Positions 53,225-64,000 of a DNA stretch of 64,000 bases are shown here, piece by piece. The notes under the pieces were generated by a model that was given only the letters and a program-made list of their open reading frames with translations, made no database searches and was not told the origin of the DNA. This DNA is from Pelagibacterales bacterium SAG-MED13 (GTDB lineage Bacteria; Pseudomonadota; Alphaproteobacteria; Pelagibacterales; Pelagibacteraceae): contig JACWDK010000001.1 in assembly GCA_014654165.1 (NCBI GenBank), positions 70,430 through 134,429 of the forward strand, given 5' to 3'. The position numbers were made by a program, and so were the translations under genes. Position 1 is the first letter of the stretch, and each line of letters begins with the position of its first letter.

Positions 53225-53764
53225 ATTAAAAAATTAAAAAAATATTATTTTATAAATAAATTAGAAGTTTCCCACCTCTTTAATTTAGATAGAGATATAT
53301 CTTTTATATGGAGAAATAAAGATAAACAAACTAATTTGAAAACTTTAATAGAATTACGTAATTTTTGTAAAGTAAATAATAGAAAATTTTATATTAGCAA
53401 TGATATAAAATTAGCTATTAAAATTAAGGCAAATGGAGTTTATATACCCTCCACAAATAGAGATTTAGGTATTAAATCTTTCAAATTTGATAAAAAATTT
53501 AAAATTTTAGGATCTGCTCATAATCTTAAAGAAATTAAAATTAAAGAACTGCAAAATATTAAAGAAATTTTTCTATCTCCTTTATTTAAAAGTAATAAAA
53601 ATCCTGAACTCAATATTTATAAATATTTAAATCTTAAGAAAAGAACTTCTCTTCAAGATATTTCACTTGGAGGGATTGACCATATAAACATTAAAAAATT
53701 AAAATTTATTAATCCTCTGGGATTTGCTGCTATCTCTTTTTTTGATAAAAAAAAGGCCCCTTAA
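53219..53764 (+). CDS. Thiamine-phosphate synthase-like (ThiE/TenI) protein
   Basis: ISND, GVYIP, GSAHNLKEI, FLSPLF, LGGI; divergent member of the family. Confidence 0.65.
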   Translation: MHIKKLKKYYFINKLEVSHLFNLDRDISFIWRNKDKQTNLKTLIELRNFCKVNNRKFYISNDIKLAIKIKANGVYIPSTNRDLGIKSFKFDKKFKILGSAHNLKEIKIKELQNIKEIFLSPLFKSNKNPELNIYKYLNLKKRTSLQDISLGGIDHINIKKLKFINPLGFAAISFFDKKKAP

Positions 53765-53776
53765 AAGGGGCCTTTT
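53751..53776. terminator. Bidirectional intrinsic terminator (porin and ThiE-like gene)
   Basis: AAAAGGCCCCTT-AA-AAGGGGCCTTTT with A/T tracts on both sides. Confidence 0.85.
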
Positions 53777-53797
53777 AAAATTAACTATTCTTAATGA

Positions 53798-54718
53798 TTA
53801 GAATGCAAAAGCAATATTAAATAATGCTGCTTCTACGTCATTAGCAGCTGTTCCACCGCCTGACTCTTGTTCATTAAATCCACCAGCTATAGAAATAGAT
53901 CCCATAGTGTATGAAGCTTGAACTCCAGTATTGACTTCATCTTCAGTAGTTCCGTCAATTTCTGTTTCTAATCTACCTGCAGATACAGTTAGGTTTTCAT
54001 TAACCGCTAATGAAACACCCATGTGTGTAGCATCTTGGTCAGCTGTTGTTCCATCATACTCAACTTTAGTCATTTGGAAAGCAGCAGTAATTGATCCCAT
54101 TACATATTTAGCACCATATGTATCGTTCTCAGCTACATCACCATCATCAAATCTACCTGCAACAAGTGTTAAACCATCCATTAGGCCATCGTAAGAAAGA
54201 CCATATGAAGATTCCGCGCTTGCAGCTGCAGCTGGTGTTGGGTTATAACCAACTGATAGCATTAAACCATCTTGGTTATATGTGTATCCCCACATACCAG
54301 TTGTAGATCTACCTGAAGTAGTTGCTAAACCGTTATCAGTTGCGTCTGTTAGTTCGTAAACAGGCGTATAAGCTGTTGGTACGATATCTTTTACTTTATC
54401 AGCACCACCTGCGTTTACTGAGGCACCAGAGAAAGTTAAACTTCCCATGTCACCCATACCTAGAGTTAGAGAGTAATCATCGTAGTTACCACCGTCTAAT
54501 TCGTATTTAACAGTTACATCCATACCGTTATCTAAATCACCAGATCCAGTAAAGTTAACACTGTCACCCATAGACCAAGGGTTTACGTCAGAGTTACTAT
54601 CTCTTCCTGTGTAGCTTAACGTTGCACTACCACTTACACTTAACTCACCTGCGTATGCAGCTGAAGTTACTAGTGTTGTAGCAAGAGCAGTTAAACCAAC
54701 TTTTTTAAGTTTGTTCAT
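53798..54718 (-). CDS. Major outer-membrane porin
   Basis: Signal peptide ending AYA, acidic beta-strand-rich sequence, C-terminal Phe, strong RBS AGGAG, strong terminator. Confidence 0.87.
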   Translation of the reverse strand: MNKLKKVGLTALATTLVTSAAYAGELSVSGSATLSYTGRDSNSDVNPWSMGDSVNFTGSGDLDNGMDVTVKYELDGGNYDDYSLTLGMGDMGSLTFSGASVNAGGADKVKDIVPTAYTPVYELTDATDNGLATTSGRSTTGMWGYTYNQDGLMLSVGYNPTPAAAASAESSYGLSYDGLMDGLTLVAGRFDDGDVAENDTYGAKYVMGSITAAFQMTKVEYDGTTADQDATHMGVSLAVNENLTVSAGRLETEIDGTTEDEVNTGVQASYTMGSISIAGGFNEQESGGGTAANDVEAALFNIAFAF

Positions 54719-54939
54719 AAATTTACTCCTTGTTAATAATTAATTATAAACACTAGCTTTTTAACAAATATTGGCCTCTTTATTAGCGAATATTAATTAT
54801 TATACTAATAATTTCCAATACTGTTGCAATTATACATCACTATATTAAGTTATATTGTCTAATTTAGAAATATTTAGCTATATTCTAATTTTAAACCCTG
54901 TATTTTGTGTTAATAAACAAACATTACAACTAAATAATA

Positions 54940-55530
54940 ATGAATTTTGCTCGTTTTACTCTAGTTTTCATATCTATAATTTCGCTATTAATGCAAACAG
55001 CGTGTGGACCATTAAAGTATAAAAAAGTTAGCGCTAAAGAATTCCCACCAGATTACAGAGAAAGAGTGAAAAGAAATATTGAAGAAGGCAGAGGTTTTAG
55101 AGTTATGGGGAATAAATCTTTAGGGGGTGGCACGTTTGAATTTGCTAGCTCAAATCCTTTGTGGCAAGCAACTCTTGATACGCTTGATTTCATGCCTTTA
55201 GTTTCAGCAAATTATAGTGGAGGGATAGTAATAACAGACTGGTATAGTGAAAATAATTCTCCTAATGAATCTGTTAAAATTTCAGTAAGATTTTTAACTA
55301 ATGAAATTAGGTCAGATGCACTGGATATAAATGTATTTTTAAAAACTTGTTCTAATAATTTAACAAATTGCTCAATAAATCAAAATAATAATGATCTTAT
55401 TGCTGAACTAAATCTAAATATATTAAAAAAAGCTACACGCTATCAAAGAGATTTAATAGAAAAAAATAAAAAAGAAAATCCTTACACCATGTCAACACCG
55501 ACCAAAGGAAGCGATAAACCAAAAAAGTAA
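54940..55530 (+). CDS. DUF3576-like lipoprotein
   Basis: Lipobox [28 protein letters not shown]; upstream of leuS. Confidence 0.8.
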   Translation: MNFARFTLVFISIISLLMQTACGPLKYKKVSAKEFPPDYRERVKRNIEEGRGFRVMGNKSLGGGTFEFASSNPLWQATLDTLDFMPLVSANYSGGIVITDWYSENNSPNESVKISVRFLTNEIRSDALDINVFLKTCSNNLTNCSINQNNNDLIAELNLNILKKATRYQRDLIEKNKKENPYTMSTPTKGSDKPKK

Positions 55531-55549
55531 ACTCAATTCTTTAATATTT

Positions 55550-58093
55550 GTGGAAAGATATAATTTTAAGTTAATAGAAGAAAAATGGCAAAAGCAATGG
55601 CATAAAAATAAAACATTCAAGTCTGAAATAGATAAAAATAAGAAAAAATTCTACTGTCTTGAGATGTTTCCATATCCCTCTGGAAAAATACACATGGGTC
55701 ATGTGCGAAATTACACCATCGGAGATGTACTTTCTCGTTATAAGAGCTTAAAAAATTTTAATGTCCTCCATCCAATGGGATGGGATTCATTTGGAATGCC
55801 AGCTGAAAATGCAGCAAAACAAAATAATTTAAATCCTAAAGATTGGACAGAAGAAAATATTCAGGTAATGAAATCTCAGTTAAAAAAACTTGGTTTATCA
55901 ATAGACTGGGATAGAGAAATTTCAACATGTTCACCCAAATATTATAAACATCAACAGAAAATTTTTTTAGAACTTTATGATAAGGGTTTAGTTTATAGAA
56001 AAGAAAGTTATGTAAATTGGGATCCAGTAGATAAAACAGTTCTAGCAAATGAGCAAGTAATTGATGGAAAAGGTTGGAGGTCTGGAGCATTTGTAGAAAG
56101 AAAAAAATTAAATCAATGGTTTTTCAAGATTTCTCACTTTTCAGAAGAACTTTTAGGGGACTTGAACTCATTAGAACACTGGCCAGATAAAGTAAAGACA
56201 ATGCAAAAAAACTGGATCGGAAAATCTTTTGGTTGTGAAATTGACTTTAAAATTGAAGGTTCAAAAAATGTAAGCTCTATAAAATGCTATACTACTAGAC
56301 CAGATACTTTGTTTGGTTTTTCTTTTTTAGCACTATCAGTAGATCATCCCCTTTCTAAATTTTACGAAAGTGACAAAAAATTCGTCGAGTTTAAAAATGA
56401 ATGTTCAAAAACAGGAACAACTGAAGAATCAATCGCTCAAGCAAAAAAAATAGGATTTAAAACTGAATTAATGGCAATAAATCCTCTCAATAATTCACTT
56501 AAAGTTCCTGTTTACTTTGCTAACTTTGTTTTAATGGACTATGGGTTTGGAGCAGTTTTTGGTTGCCCGGCTCATGATCAACGAGATTTTGATTTTGCAA
56601 AAAAATACAATCTTGAAATTAAGACAGTTGTTAAACCAAATAATGAGAACGATAATTATGAAGTTGCGAATGAAGCATATACTGGATCAGGATTTATAAT
56701 AAATTCTGAATTCTTGGATGGCTTATCAGTGCCAGATAAATCAATAGATGAGACAATAAATATTTTAGAGAAAAGAAACTTGGGTAAAAAAAAAACTAAT
56801 TATAGGTTAAAAGATTGGGGAGTTTCTAGACAACGTTATTGGGGTTGTCCAATACCAATTGCATACGATGAAAACAACAATGTAATTAAGATTCCAGACA
56901 AAGATTTACCCGTAAAACTTCCTGAAAATATAGAACTTAACACCAATGGTAACCCCCTAGATTCGCAAAAAGATTGGCAAAATGTAATTATAGATGGAAA
57001 AAAATGTAAAAGAGAAACAGACACACTAGATACTTTTGTAGACTCTTCATGGTATTATTTAAGATTTTGCTCTGCTAATGATTTAAAAGATCCATTCAAA
57101 AGGGAAGACATTAATTACTGGATGCCGGTAGATCAATATATAGGAGGAGTAGAACATGCTATATTGCATCTGCTCTATTCTCGTTTTTTTATGAGAGCAA
57201 TAAGTTTAAATAATGAAGACTCATATTTAAAAGAGCCATTCGAGGGTTTATTTACTCAGGGTATGGTTTGCCATGAAACATACAAAGATGCTAATGATAA
57301 TTGGGTTAATCCTGATGAAGTTTTAAGTGATGATGGAAAAAATTTTTATATGATTAATGACGCTTCTAAAAAAGTAATGGTTGGACCCTCAGAATCAATG
57401 TCTAAATCAAAAAAAAACACAATCGATCCTGAAAAAATAATTAAAGAATATGGAGCAGATGCGGTTAGACTATTTATCTTATCTGATAGTCCGCCTGAAA
57501 AAGATATTCAATGGTCAGATACTGGAATTAGTGCAGCTTTTAAATTTTTACAAAAATTTTGGACTTTGAACGAAAAAATATGTTCTAATAAGAAATCATT
57601 TTCAAAATTTGATGAAAGTTTAGAGAAGTTTACTAATCAAATCATTGAGAAAATTAATAATGATTTAGAAAGATTTGGTTTTAATGTAGTGATAGCTTCA
57701 ATACACAAGATTTATTCTCACTACAACCAACAAATAGGAAAAGATGATTGGGGTAAAAATTTTCATGATAATTACATTAAAATACTTAAGATAATTAATC
57801 CAATTGTTCCTCACCTAGCAAACGAGTGTTTAGAAAAATTAAATCAACCAATAAGTGATCTTAGATGGCCAATCGTAAAAAAAGAATATTTAAAGGATGA
57901 AACTTTCACTATAGTGGCTCAAGTTAATGGGAAAAAAAGAAAAGTTTTCTATTTTAAAAAATCTCTTGATAAAGAAGCTCTAATTAACAACATTAAAAAG
58001 GATATTCAGATAAAAAAATTTGTTGATAACAAACAAATTATTAAGACAATATATGTAGAAAATAAACTAATTAACTTTATTATTAAAGTATGA
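55550..58093 (+). CDS. leuS: Leucine--tRNA ligase
   Basis: MFPYPSG..HMGH, TTRPDT editing domain, SMSKS. Confidence 0.98.
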   Translation: MERYNFKLIEEKWQKQWHKNKTFKSEIDKNKKKFYCLEMFPYPSGKIHMGHVRNYTIGDVLSRYKSLKNFNVLHPMGWDSFGMPAENAAKQNNLNPKDWTEENIQVMKSQLKKLGLSIDWDREISTCSPKYYKHQQKIFLELYDKGLVYRKESYVNWDPVDKTVLANEQVIDGKGWRSGAFVERKKLNQWFFKISHFSEELLGDLNSLEHWPDKVKTMQKNWIGKSFGCEIDFKIEGSKNVSSIKCYTTRPDTLFGFSFLALSVDHPLSKFYESDKKFVEFKNECSKTGTTEESIAQAKKIGFKTELMAINPLNNSLKVPVYFANFVLMDYGFGAVFGCPAHDQRDFDFAKKYNLEIKTVVKPNNENDNYEVANEAYTGSGFIINSEFLDGLSVPDKSIDETINILEKRNLGKKKTNYRLKDWGVSRQRYWGCPIPIAYDENNNVIKIPDKDLPVKLPENIELNTNGNPLDSQKDWQNVIIDGKKCKRETDTLDTFVDSSWYYLRFCSANDLKDPFKREDINYWMPVDQYIGGVEHAILHLLYSRFFMRAISLNNEDSYLKEPFEGLFTQGMVCHETYKDANDNWVNPDEVLSDDGKNFYMINDASKKVMVGPSESMSKSKKNTIDPEKIIKEYGADAVRLFILSDSPPEKDIQWSDTGISAAFKFLQKFWTLNEKICSNKKSFSKFDESLEKFTNQIIEKINNDLERFGFNVVIASIHKIYSHYNQQIGKDDWGKNFHDNYIKILKIINPIVPHLANECLEKLNQPISDLRWPIVKKEYLKDETFTIVAQVNGKKRKVFYFKKSLDKEALINNIKKDIQIKKFVDNKQIIKTIYVENKLINFIIKV

Positions 58094-58560
58094 TTAAAAA
58101 ATTTATAACTGTTTTAATTTTTACATTTATTCTAAGTTGCGGTTATTCTCCAGTGTTTCAGAATGATAAAAATTTTAATTTCAAATTAGATAAAATTAGT
58201 TACATAGGGGACAAGAAATTAAATAGAAATTTAGAAAAAAATTTAGAATTATATAAAAAAAATGAATCTGTTAATATTTTTGACTTAGATATAACGAGTT
58301 TTAAAAATGTTGACATTCTTACCAAAGATGAAAAGGGGAACGCTACAAGTTTTAAAACAAAAATAAATATTAATATAGTATTAACTAATAAATCAAATGA
58401 TAAAACTATTACAAAGAATTTCTCTAGGGAAAAAACTTATAATTCTATGGATAATAAATTTGAATTAAGCCAATATAGATTAAATCTTGAAAAAAATATT
58501 CTATCAATAATTTTACAAGAAATTAAAGTATTTTTAAGTTTAATAGAAAATGATTTGTAA
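58090..58560 (+). CDS. lptE: LPS-assembly lipoprotein LptE-like
   Basis: Lipobox LSCGYSP; leuS-lptE-holA synteny. Confidence 0.75.
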   Translation: MIKKFITVLIFTFILSCGYSPVFQNDKNFNFKLDKISYIGDKKLNRNLEKNLELYKKNESVNIFDLDITSFKNVDILTKDEKGNATSFKTKININIVLTNKSNDKTITKNFSREKTYNSMDNKFELSQYRLNLEKNILSIILQEIKVFLSLIENDL

Positions 58561-59548
58561 GTTTTTTGAAATAAATAAATATATAAATAAATTCAAATAT
58601 TTCCTTTTTTATGAAGAAAATGAAGGTTTAAAACAAGAAGTTATCAAAACTAACTTTAAAAAGTTCAATAAAGAAAATACCTATAAATACACAGAGAAAG
58701 AATTAATAAATAGTAAAGAATTTTTTTTTGAAACCATTAACTCAAAATCATTCTTTGAAAATGAAAAACTAATTTTAATTTCAGATGTAACTGACAAAAT
58801 ATTAAATCTAATGGAAGAGGTAGTAGAGTCCAACCTTGATGATGTGGTTATAATTCTATCTGCAAAAAGATTAGAAAAAAGATCTAAAATAAGGAACTTT
58901 TTTGAAAAAAATAAAAATGGATTATGTATTCCTTTTTATAAAGACACTAATCAAGCCCTGATTACAATTGCTCAAAAATTTTTGAAAGAAAATAATGTTA
59001 ATTTTTCTCAGGAAAACTTGAACTTAATAATCGAGAGATCACAAGGTGACAGAATAAGTTTAAAAAATGAATTGGAAAAAATTAACAACTTGAATCGAAA
59101 TAAGAAAAAAATAAATTTTAATGATATTCTAAAGTTAACTAATTTAAGTGAAAACTATAGCGCTGGGGAGTTGGTTGATAACTGTCTTAGTAAAAATAAG
59201 AAAAAAACTTTGAATATTCTTAATGAGAATATCCCCTCTATAGATGACAATATATTAATTTTGAAAACTTTTTTATATAAATTAAAACGACTAAGGAAAT
59301 TAAGAATTAATTTAGATGAAAATAAAGATATTGACAAAACAATTAGTTCATTCAAACCACCAATTTTTTGGAAAGATAAAGATACATTAAAAAAACAACT
59401 TAAAATTTGGGAATTAGATGATATTCAAAACTTTATTGTAAATATAAACTATCTTGAAAGTTTAATAAAAAAGAAACCTCTTATCTCTAATCAAATAGTA
59501 AACAACATGATATTAGAAAAATTTGCAAACTCTAATATTTTAACTTAA
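58550..59548 (+). CDS. holA: DNA polymerase III delta subunit
   Basis: SFF, L.KRSKIR, GDR..LKNELEK, PPIFWK; synteny. Confidence 0.85.
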   Translation: MICKFFEINKYINKFKYFLFYEENEGLKQEVIKTNFKKFNKENTYKYTEKELINSKEFFFETINSKSFFENEKLILISDVTDKILNLMEEVVESNLDDVVIILSAKRLEKRSKIRNFFEKNKNGLCIPFYKDTNQALITIAQKFLKENNVNFSQENLNLIIERSQGDRISLKNELEKINNLNRNKKKINFNDILKLTNLSENYSAGELVDNCLSKNKKKTLNILNENIPSIDDNILILKTFLYKLKRLRKLRINLDENKDIDKTISSFKPPIFWKDKDTLKKQLKIWELDDIQNFIVNINYLESLIKKKPLISNQIVNNMILEKFANSNILT

Positions 59549-60374
59549 CTATCTCTATAATTTTATTAAGTTGATCCATTTCTTGATAATGAAAGGATAT
59601 GGTGCCTTTGTTATTTTTTCCATTTTTTATAGATACATTTAAACCAATTTTTTCAGATATAGATCTCTCCAAATCTTGAATATTGGGGTCAATATTTCTT
59701 AAAAAATTTTTTTTTGATTTTTTTAAAACTTTAACTAAATTCTCTGACTGTCTAACTGATAATTTTTTATCTATTATTTTGTTTGCTAAGAATGTAGCAT
59801 TATCTAAACCAACTAATATTTTTGCATGACCTGCTGTAATTTTTTTTTGTTCAATATACTCTAAAACCTCCTGTGGTAAATTAAGTAATCTAAGAGAATT
59901 AGTTATATAGCTCCTACTTTTACCAATAAATTTAGACACTTTTTCTTGATCATAAGAGAATTCATCTATTAGTCTCTTATAACCTAGAGCCTCTTCAAGA
60001 GGGTTTAGGTCGTGTCTTTGAACATTTTCAACTATAGCAAATTCCAAAGATTTTAAATCATCTGCTTCGGTTATAACAACAGGAATATCATTAAGCCCTG
60101 CTTTTTTTGCGGCTAACCATCTTCTTTCACCAGCTATAATTTCGTATTTTGAACTTTCAGAATTTGACTTTCTTACTATAATTGGTTGTATAACTCCTCG
60201 TTCTTTTATTGAATTGGATAAATCATTTAAAATTTCTTCATCAAAATCTTTTCTGGGTTGATATTTATTCGGAATTATTTCGTTTAAAAGTAGCTTATTA
60301 GTTTTAGGTTCAATTTTTGTTTCTCCTATTAAAGAAGATAATCCTCTTCCCAATCCTTTTTTAATTGTATTCAT
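59532..60374 (-). CDS. parB: Chromosome partitioning protein ParB
   Basis: GLGRGLSSL, QPR, IIAGERRW, ENVQRHDLNP. Confidence 0.96.
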   Translation of the reverse strand: MNTIKKGLGRGLSSLIGETKIEPKTNKLLLNEIIPNKYQPRKDFDEEILNDLSNSIKERGVIQPIIVRKSNSESSKYEIIAGERRWLAAKKAGLNDIPVVITEADDLKSLEFAIVENVQRHDLNPLEEALGYKRLIDEFSYDQEKVSKFIGKSRSYITNSLRLLNLPQEVLEYIEQKKITAGHAKILVGLDNATFLANKIIDKKLSVRQSENLVKVLKKSKKNFLRNIDPNIQDLERSISEKIGLNVSIKNGKNNKGTISFHYQEMDQLNKIIEIVKLKY

Positions 60375-61168
60375 TATGCGGCACTTCCAATTTTATTTTC
60401 TTGGTTAATAAATTCATCCGTAAAACTATAGTATGATCTGCTTCCAGGGCAGTTTTTATCATAAACTAACACTGGAACACCATGGGATGGTGCTTCAGAT
60501 AATCTTACATTACGTGGAATAACTGTCTGGTATACTTTATCTTTAAAATAGCCTCTTGCCTCTTCCTCAACTTGAGTCGAAAGCTTGTTTCTTCTATCGT
60601 ACATTGTCAAAAGTATTCCCTGTATTTCTAGTTTGGGATTTAAATTTAATTTAATACGATCAATTGTTTTCATCAATTGAGTTAAACCTTCTAATGCAAA
60701 AAATTCTGTTTGCAATGGCACTAAAAGTGAATTTGAGGACACTAAAGCCATAACTGTTAACAAGCTTAGTGAGGGTGGGCAATCAATTAATATATAATCA
60801 TATGGTGCTCTAGAATCATTTAAATATGCGGTTAATTTCGCTTTTAATATAAAGGCCCTGTCAGTATCGCCAGCTGTTTCAACTTCCAATCCAGATAAAT
60901 CTACATTCGATGTTATCAAATCCAAATTTTGAAAATTTGTTTTCTTAATTACATTAGAGATCAACATAGTTCCATTTAGAATGCCATAAATTGTTTGATC
61001 TGACTGCTCAGCATTAGATAGTCCTAATCCTGTTGTAGCATTTCCTTGAGGATCTAAATCAATTACTAAAATTTTTTTACCATGTTGCGATAAAGCAGAA
61101 GCTAAATTAATCACTGTTGTTGTTTTGCCAACCCCACCCTTTTGATTTATTATTGAAATTATTTTCAT
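60374..61168 (-). CDS. parA: Chromosome partitioning ATPase ParA
   Basis: NQKGGVGKTTT, DLDPQGNAT, DCPPSL, EAPSHG. Confidence 0.96.
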   Translation of the reverse strand: MKIISIINQKGGVGKTTTVINLASALSQHGKKILVIDLDPQGNATTGLGLSNAEQSDQTIYGILNGTMLISNVIKKTNFQNLDLITSNVDLSGLEVETAGDTDRAFILKAKLTAYLNDSRAPYDYILIDCPPSLSLLTVMALVSSNSLLVPLQTEFFALEGLTQLMKTIDRIKLNLNPKLEIQGILLTMYDRRNKLSTQVEEEARGYFKDKVYQTVIPRNVRLSEAPSHGVPVLVYDKNCPGSRSYYSFTDEFINQENKIGSAA

Positions 61169-61812
61169 ACTGTTTTTTTTCTAATTTTTTTTATATTCAA
61201 TATAAATGAGTCATTATTGGTTAAACTTTTTTTTTCATCGTAATCTAAATCCCAATCTTTTAGTGTTTCACTTAGTATTTTTTTTCCATTATTGCCCATA
61301 AAAAAGATTATGTTTTTATATTTGCTAAAATTTTTATAAACTAAATCTAAAATTATTGGCATTGGTTTAAATGCTCTGGACATAATTGTACCTGTTTCTA
61401 TATTTTTAACTTTAAAAATATCTTTTTGAATTACTTTCGTGTTCAATTTTAATTTTTTTGACACTTCTCTAAGAAAAACACATTTATGATAGCTTTTTTC
61501 ATATAAATTTACCTCCATATTGTTTTTTATGTTTTTCATGATTATAGCTAGCACCAATCCAGGCATACCTCCTCCGGTTCCTAAATCTGAGGTTGTATTA
61601 CAATTTAAATCAACAAAATCAATAATTTGCGCTGAATCTATTATATGTCGTTCTCTTATTTCCTCTTTTTCACTCATTTTCTTACTAATTATGTTAATTT
61701 CCTTGTTTTTATTTAGTATCATAGTAATTAAATTTTCAAACTCATTACAAGTTTCACGTGAAACGTTCAGAATGGGAATTTGTGAGTAAGAATTTAAAAT
61801 TATATTTTCCAT
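61165..61812 (-). CDS. rsmG: 16S rRNA G527 N7-methyltransferase
   Basis: RHIIDSAQ, DLGTGGGMPG, SRA; TGATG overlap with mnmG. Confidence 0.93.
   Translation of the reverse strand: MENIILNSYSQIPILNVSRETCNEFENLITMILNKNKEINIISKKMSEKEEIRERHIIDSAQIIDFVDLNCNTTSDLGTGGGMPGLVLAIIMKNIKNNMEVNLYEKSYHKCVFLREVSKKLKLNTKVIQKDIFKVKNIETGTIMSRAFKPMPIILDLVYKNFSKYKNIIFFMGNNGKKILSETLKDWDLDYDEKKSLTNNDSFILNIKKIRKKTV
61751..61764. other. parS centromere-like site
   Basis: Perfect palindrome GTTTCACGTGAAAC inside rsmG (encodes VSRET), about 0.6 kb from parA. Confidence 0.85.
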
Positions 61813-63686
61813 CAAGCTATATGCTTAATAGACTTTCTTTTGAGGTGTGACAACAAAATATATATAGCTGCAGGGGTAATTCCATCAATTCTTAGTGCCT
61901 GTCCCATTGTTTTGGGTCTTATTTCCTTAAATTTAGCTTTTACCTCGTTAGATAAACCTGAAAATTTATCATAGTCGATATTATCTGGTATTAATAAATT
62001 CTCATCTCTTTTAAAAGCTAGGATATCAGCTTTTTGCTTTTTTAAGTACCCTTTATAATGGGAGTTAATCTCGATTTGCTCATCAATTTCAGGCCCATTA
62101 TCAATGATTTCAGGCCAGATATTTCTGATCTTTTTCATATTCACATCTTTTTGAACTAATATTTCCTCAGCAGATCTCAAAACACCGTCCTTCGCTATTT
62201 TTATTCCAAATTTATTAGCTTTGGATGGTGAAATATGTAAATTATTCATTTGCATTGATATTTTACTTAGTTTATTAAATTTTTCATCAAAAAACTGTTT
62301 TCTAGACTTTGATATTAGACCAATTTTAATTCCTTTCTGAGTAAGTCTTAAGTCTGCATTATCTGATCTAAGACTTAATCTGTACTCAGCTCGAGATGTA
62401 AACATTCGATATGGTTCGGCCACTCCCTTAGTTACCAAATCGTCAATCATCACTCCAATATAAGCGTCTGATCTGTCTAAAATGAAAGGTTCCATATTTT
62501 TTAAAGAAAGAGAGGCATTAATACCAGCAATAAGACCCTGGGCTGCAGCTTCTTCATAACCTGTTGTTCCATTAATTTGTCCTGCAAGGTATAAATTCTT
62601 GATTTTTTTGGTCTCTAATGTCAAAAAAAGTTCTCTGGGGTCAATATAATCATATTCAATAGCGTACCCAGGTCTAATTACTTTAACATTTTCTAAACCA
62701 TTGATATTGTTAAGTATTTCATATTGTACAACTTCTGGTAGAGATGTTGATATACCGTTAGGATAAATTGTATAATCATTAAGGCCTTCTGGCTCTAAAA
62801 ATATCTGATGTCTAGTCTTATCAGCAAATTTGACAATTTTATCCTCTATTGAAGGACAATATCTTGGACCAACACCCTGAATGCTTCCAGAGTACATGGC
62901 GCTTTTAGATAAATTTTTTTCAATAATCTTATGAACCTTTTCATTGGTATAGGTCATTGAGCATGATACTTGCTTGTTTAAAATTTTTTTTGTTAAGAAA
63001 GAAAAAAAGTAAGGATCGTCGTCTGCTAATTGCTTTTCTAAATTTCTAAAATTAATAGTTCTAGAATCTAACCTTGGGGGTGTGCCCGTCTTCAACCTTC
63101 CAATTTTGAAATTATATTTTTCTAACTGCTCACTCAAACCAGTGCTTGGTTTTTCATTATATCGGCCTGCCGGTGTTCTCTCATCACCAATATGTATCAA
63201 ACCATTCAAAAATGTGCCTGTCGTTAAGATTAACTTACTACAATTCACTTTATTACCTTTGTGTGTTAAAAATCCACTTATTTCATTATTAGAAAAAATA
63301 AATTTAATTACAGGATCAGAAAAAATGCTTAAATTACAGTAGTTTAGAAGTTTTTCTTGCATAAATTTTCGATATAATGATCTGTCAGATTGAGTTCTTG
63401 GTCCTCTCACTGCCGGGCCTCTGCTTCTATTAAGTAATCTAAACTGTATCCCTGATTTGTCGGCTACCTCACCCATAACTCCATCTAAAGCGTCAATTTC
63501 CCTTACTAAGTGACCTTTTCCTAAACCACCAATGGCTGGGTTACATGACATTTCTCCTATGGTACTTTTATTATGAGTGAATAGAGCAGTATCAATTCCA
63601 AGACGTGCTGATGCAGCTGCTGCCTCGCAACCTGCATGGCCTCCACCTATCACTACCACATCAAAAGATAAATCTTTTTTCATCAT
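61812..63686 (-). CDS. mnmG: tRNA U34 modification enzyme MnmG (GidA)
   Basis: [46 protein letters not shown]. Confidence 0.98.
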   Translation of the reverse strand: MMKKDLSFDVVVIGGGHAGCEAAAASARLGIDTALFTHNKSTIGEMSCNPAIGGLGKGHLVREIDALDGVMGEVADKSGIQFRLLNRSRGPAVRGPRTQSDRSLYRKFMQEKLLNYCNLSIFSDPVIKFIFSNNEISGFLTHKGNKVNCSKLILTTGTFLNGLIHIGDERTPAGRYNEKPSTGLSEQLEKYNFKIGRLKTGTPPRLDSRTINFRNLEKQLADDDPYFFSFLTKKILNKQVSCSMTYTNEKVHKIIEKNLSKSAMYSGSIQGVGPRYCPSIEDKIVKFADKTRHQIFLEPEGLNDYTIYPNGISTSLPEVVQYEILNNINGLENVKVIRPGYAIEYDYIDPRELFLTLETKKIKNLYLAGQINGTTGYEEAAAQGLIAGINASLSLKNMEPFILDRSDAYIGVMIDDLVTKGVAEPYRMFTSRAEYRLSLRSDNADLRLTQKGIKIGLISKSRKQFFDEKFNKLSKISMQMNNLHISPSKANKFGIKIAKDGVLRSAEEILVQKDVNMKKIRNIWPEIIDNGPEIDEQIEINSHYKGYLKKQKADILAFKRDENLLIPDNIDYDKFSGLSNEVKAKFKEIRPKTMGQALRIDGITPAAIYILLSHLKRKSIKHIA

Positions 63687-63799
63687 ATAAATTTATATTC
63701 GATTAAAATATTTACAAGATTTGAGTTTTTTTTCTTAAATAAGCTTTATTTATCAACGAAAAACTTAAAAAAAAGCCTTAAATTCAAGGTAAATCGTGT

Positions 63800-64000
63800 T
63801 TATTTGCCGATACAAAAATCGTTGAAAATACTGCCTAATATCTCTTCTACATCAACTTTTCCAACAATCATACCTAGATGTCTTGTTGCTAATCTTAAAT
63901 CCTCTGCTGCTTTATCAAAATCCTTTTTATCATTTTTATCGTAAAAATTTTTTAAATGATCAGCGCACTGTAATAAATGTTGTCTATGTCTTTCCCTGGT
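63800..64000 (-). CDS. mnmE: tRNA modification GTPase MnmE (TrmE), 3' end only
   Basis: Hand translation ends ...AAEDLRLATRHLGMIVGKVDVEEILGSIFNDFCIGK*, with the FCIGK signature. Confidence 0.92.
   Translation of the reverse strand, partial: TRERHRQHLLQCADHLKNFYDKNDKKDFDKAAEDLRLATRHLGMIVGKVDVEEILGSIFNDFCIGK

Noticed and set aside
2236-63342. Numerous 60-130 aa antisense or alternative-frame ORFs in the track (e.g. 3191-3541, 24073-24462, 25222-25590, 46806-47111, 53931-54510)
   Set aside because: They lie within well-supported genes and have no motifs; these are shadow ORFs

Overview
A very AT-rich, gene-dense window of an alphaproteobacterial chromosome with tiny or overlapping intergenic spaces. 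Gene content, gene order and protein style point to SAR11 (Ca. Pelagibacter-like); this is inferred, not database-verified. It is mostly core genome: argH-lptM-lysA-plsC; dnaN-dnaA-rpsT-mutM; ubiE-ubiB-coaBC-dut-moeB; irr-fabAB-fabI; pnp-rpsO-rbfA-infB-nusA-metK-lnt-ybeY-phoH-miaB-fur-tsaB; nfuA-trpS-murJ; maeB; grpE-dnaK-dnaJ-dapB-nth; porin; leuS-lptE-holA; and parB-parA-rsmG-mnmG-mnmE with a parS site. I saw no rRNA, tRNA, CRISPR, IS or prophage. The most interesting region is 14.2-18.1 kb. It holds a 59-aa, 8-Cys microprotein missed by the ORF track, behind a 16/19 Fur box. This gene lies downstream of a katG / AspH-like hydroxylase / DUF2061 cluster whose promoter carries an Irr (ICE) box, next to irr itself, suggesting a reciprocally iron-regulated oxidative-stress or metal module. 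Other notable signals: a perfect 21-bp palindrome centred on a GANTC site upstream of dnaA, a rimP-leader-type attenuator in front of nusA without rimP, a GAA-based repeat leader on pnp, a CenR-like regulator with a degenerate receiver domain, head-to-head overlapping genes, a sulfotransferase inside the dnaJ-dapB run, and a +1 frameshift in ubiB at an A7 run.
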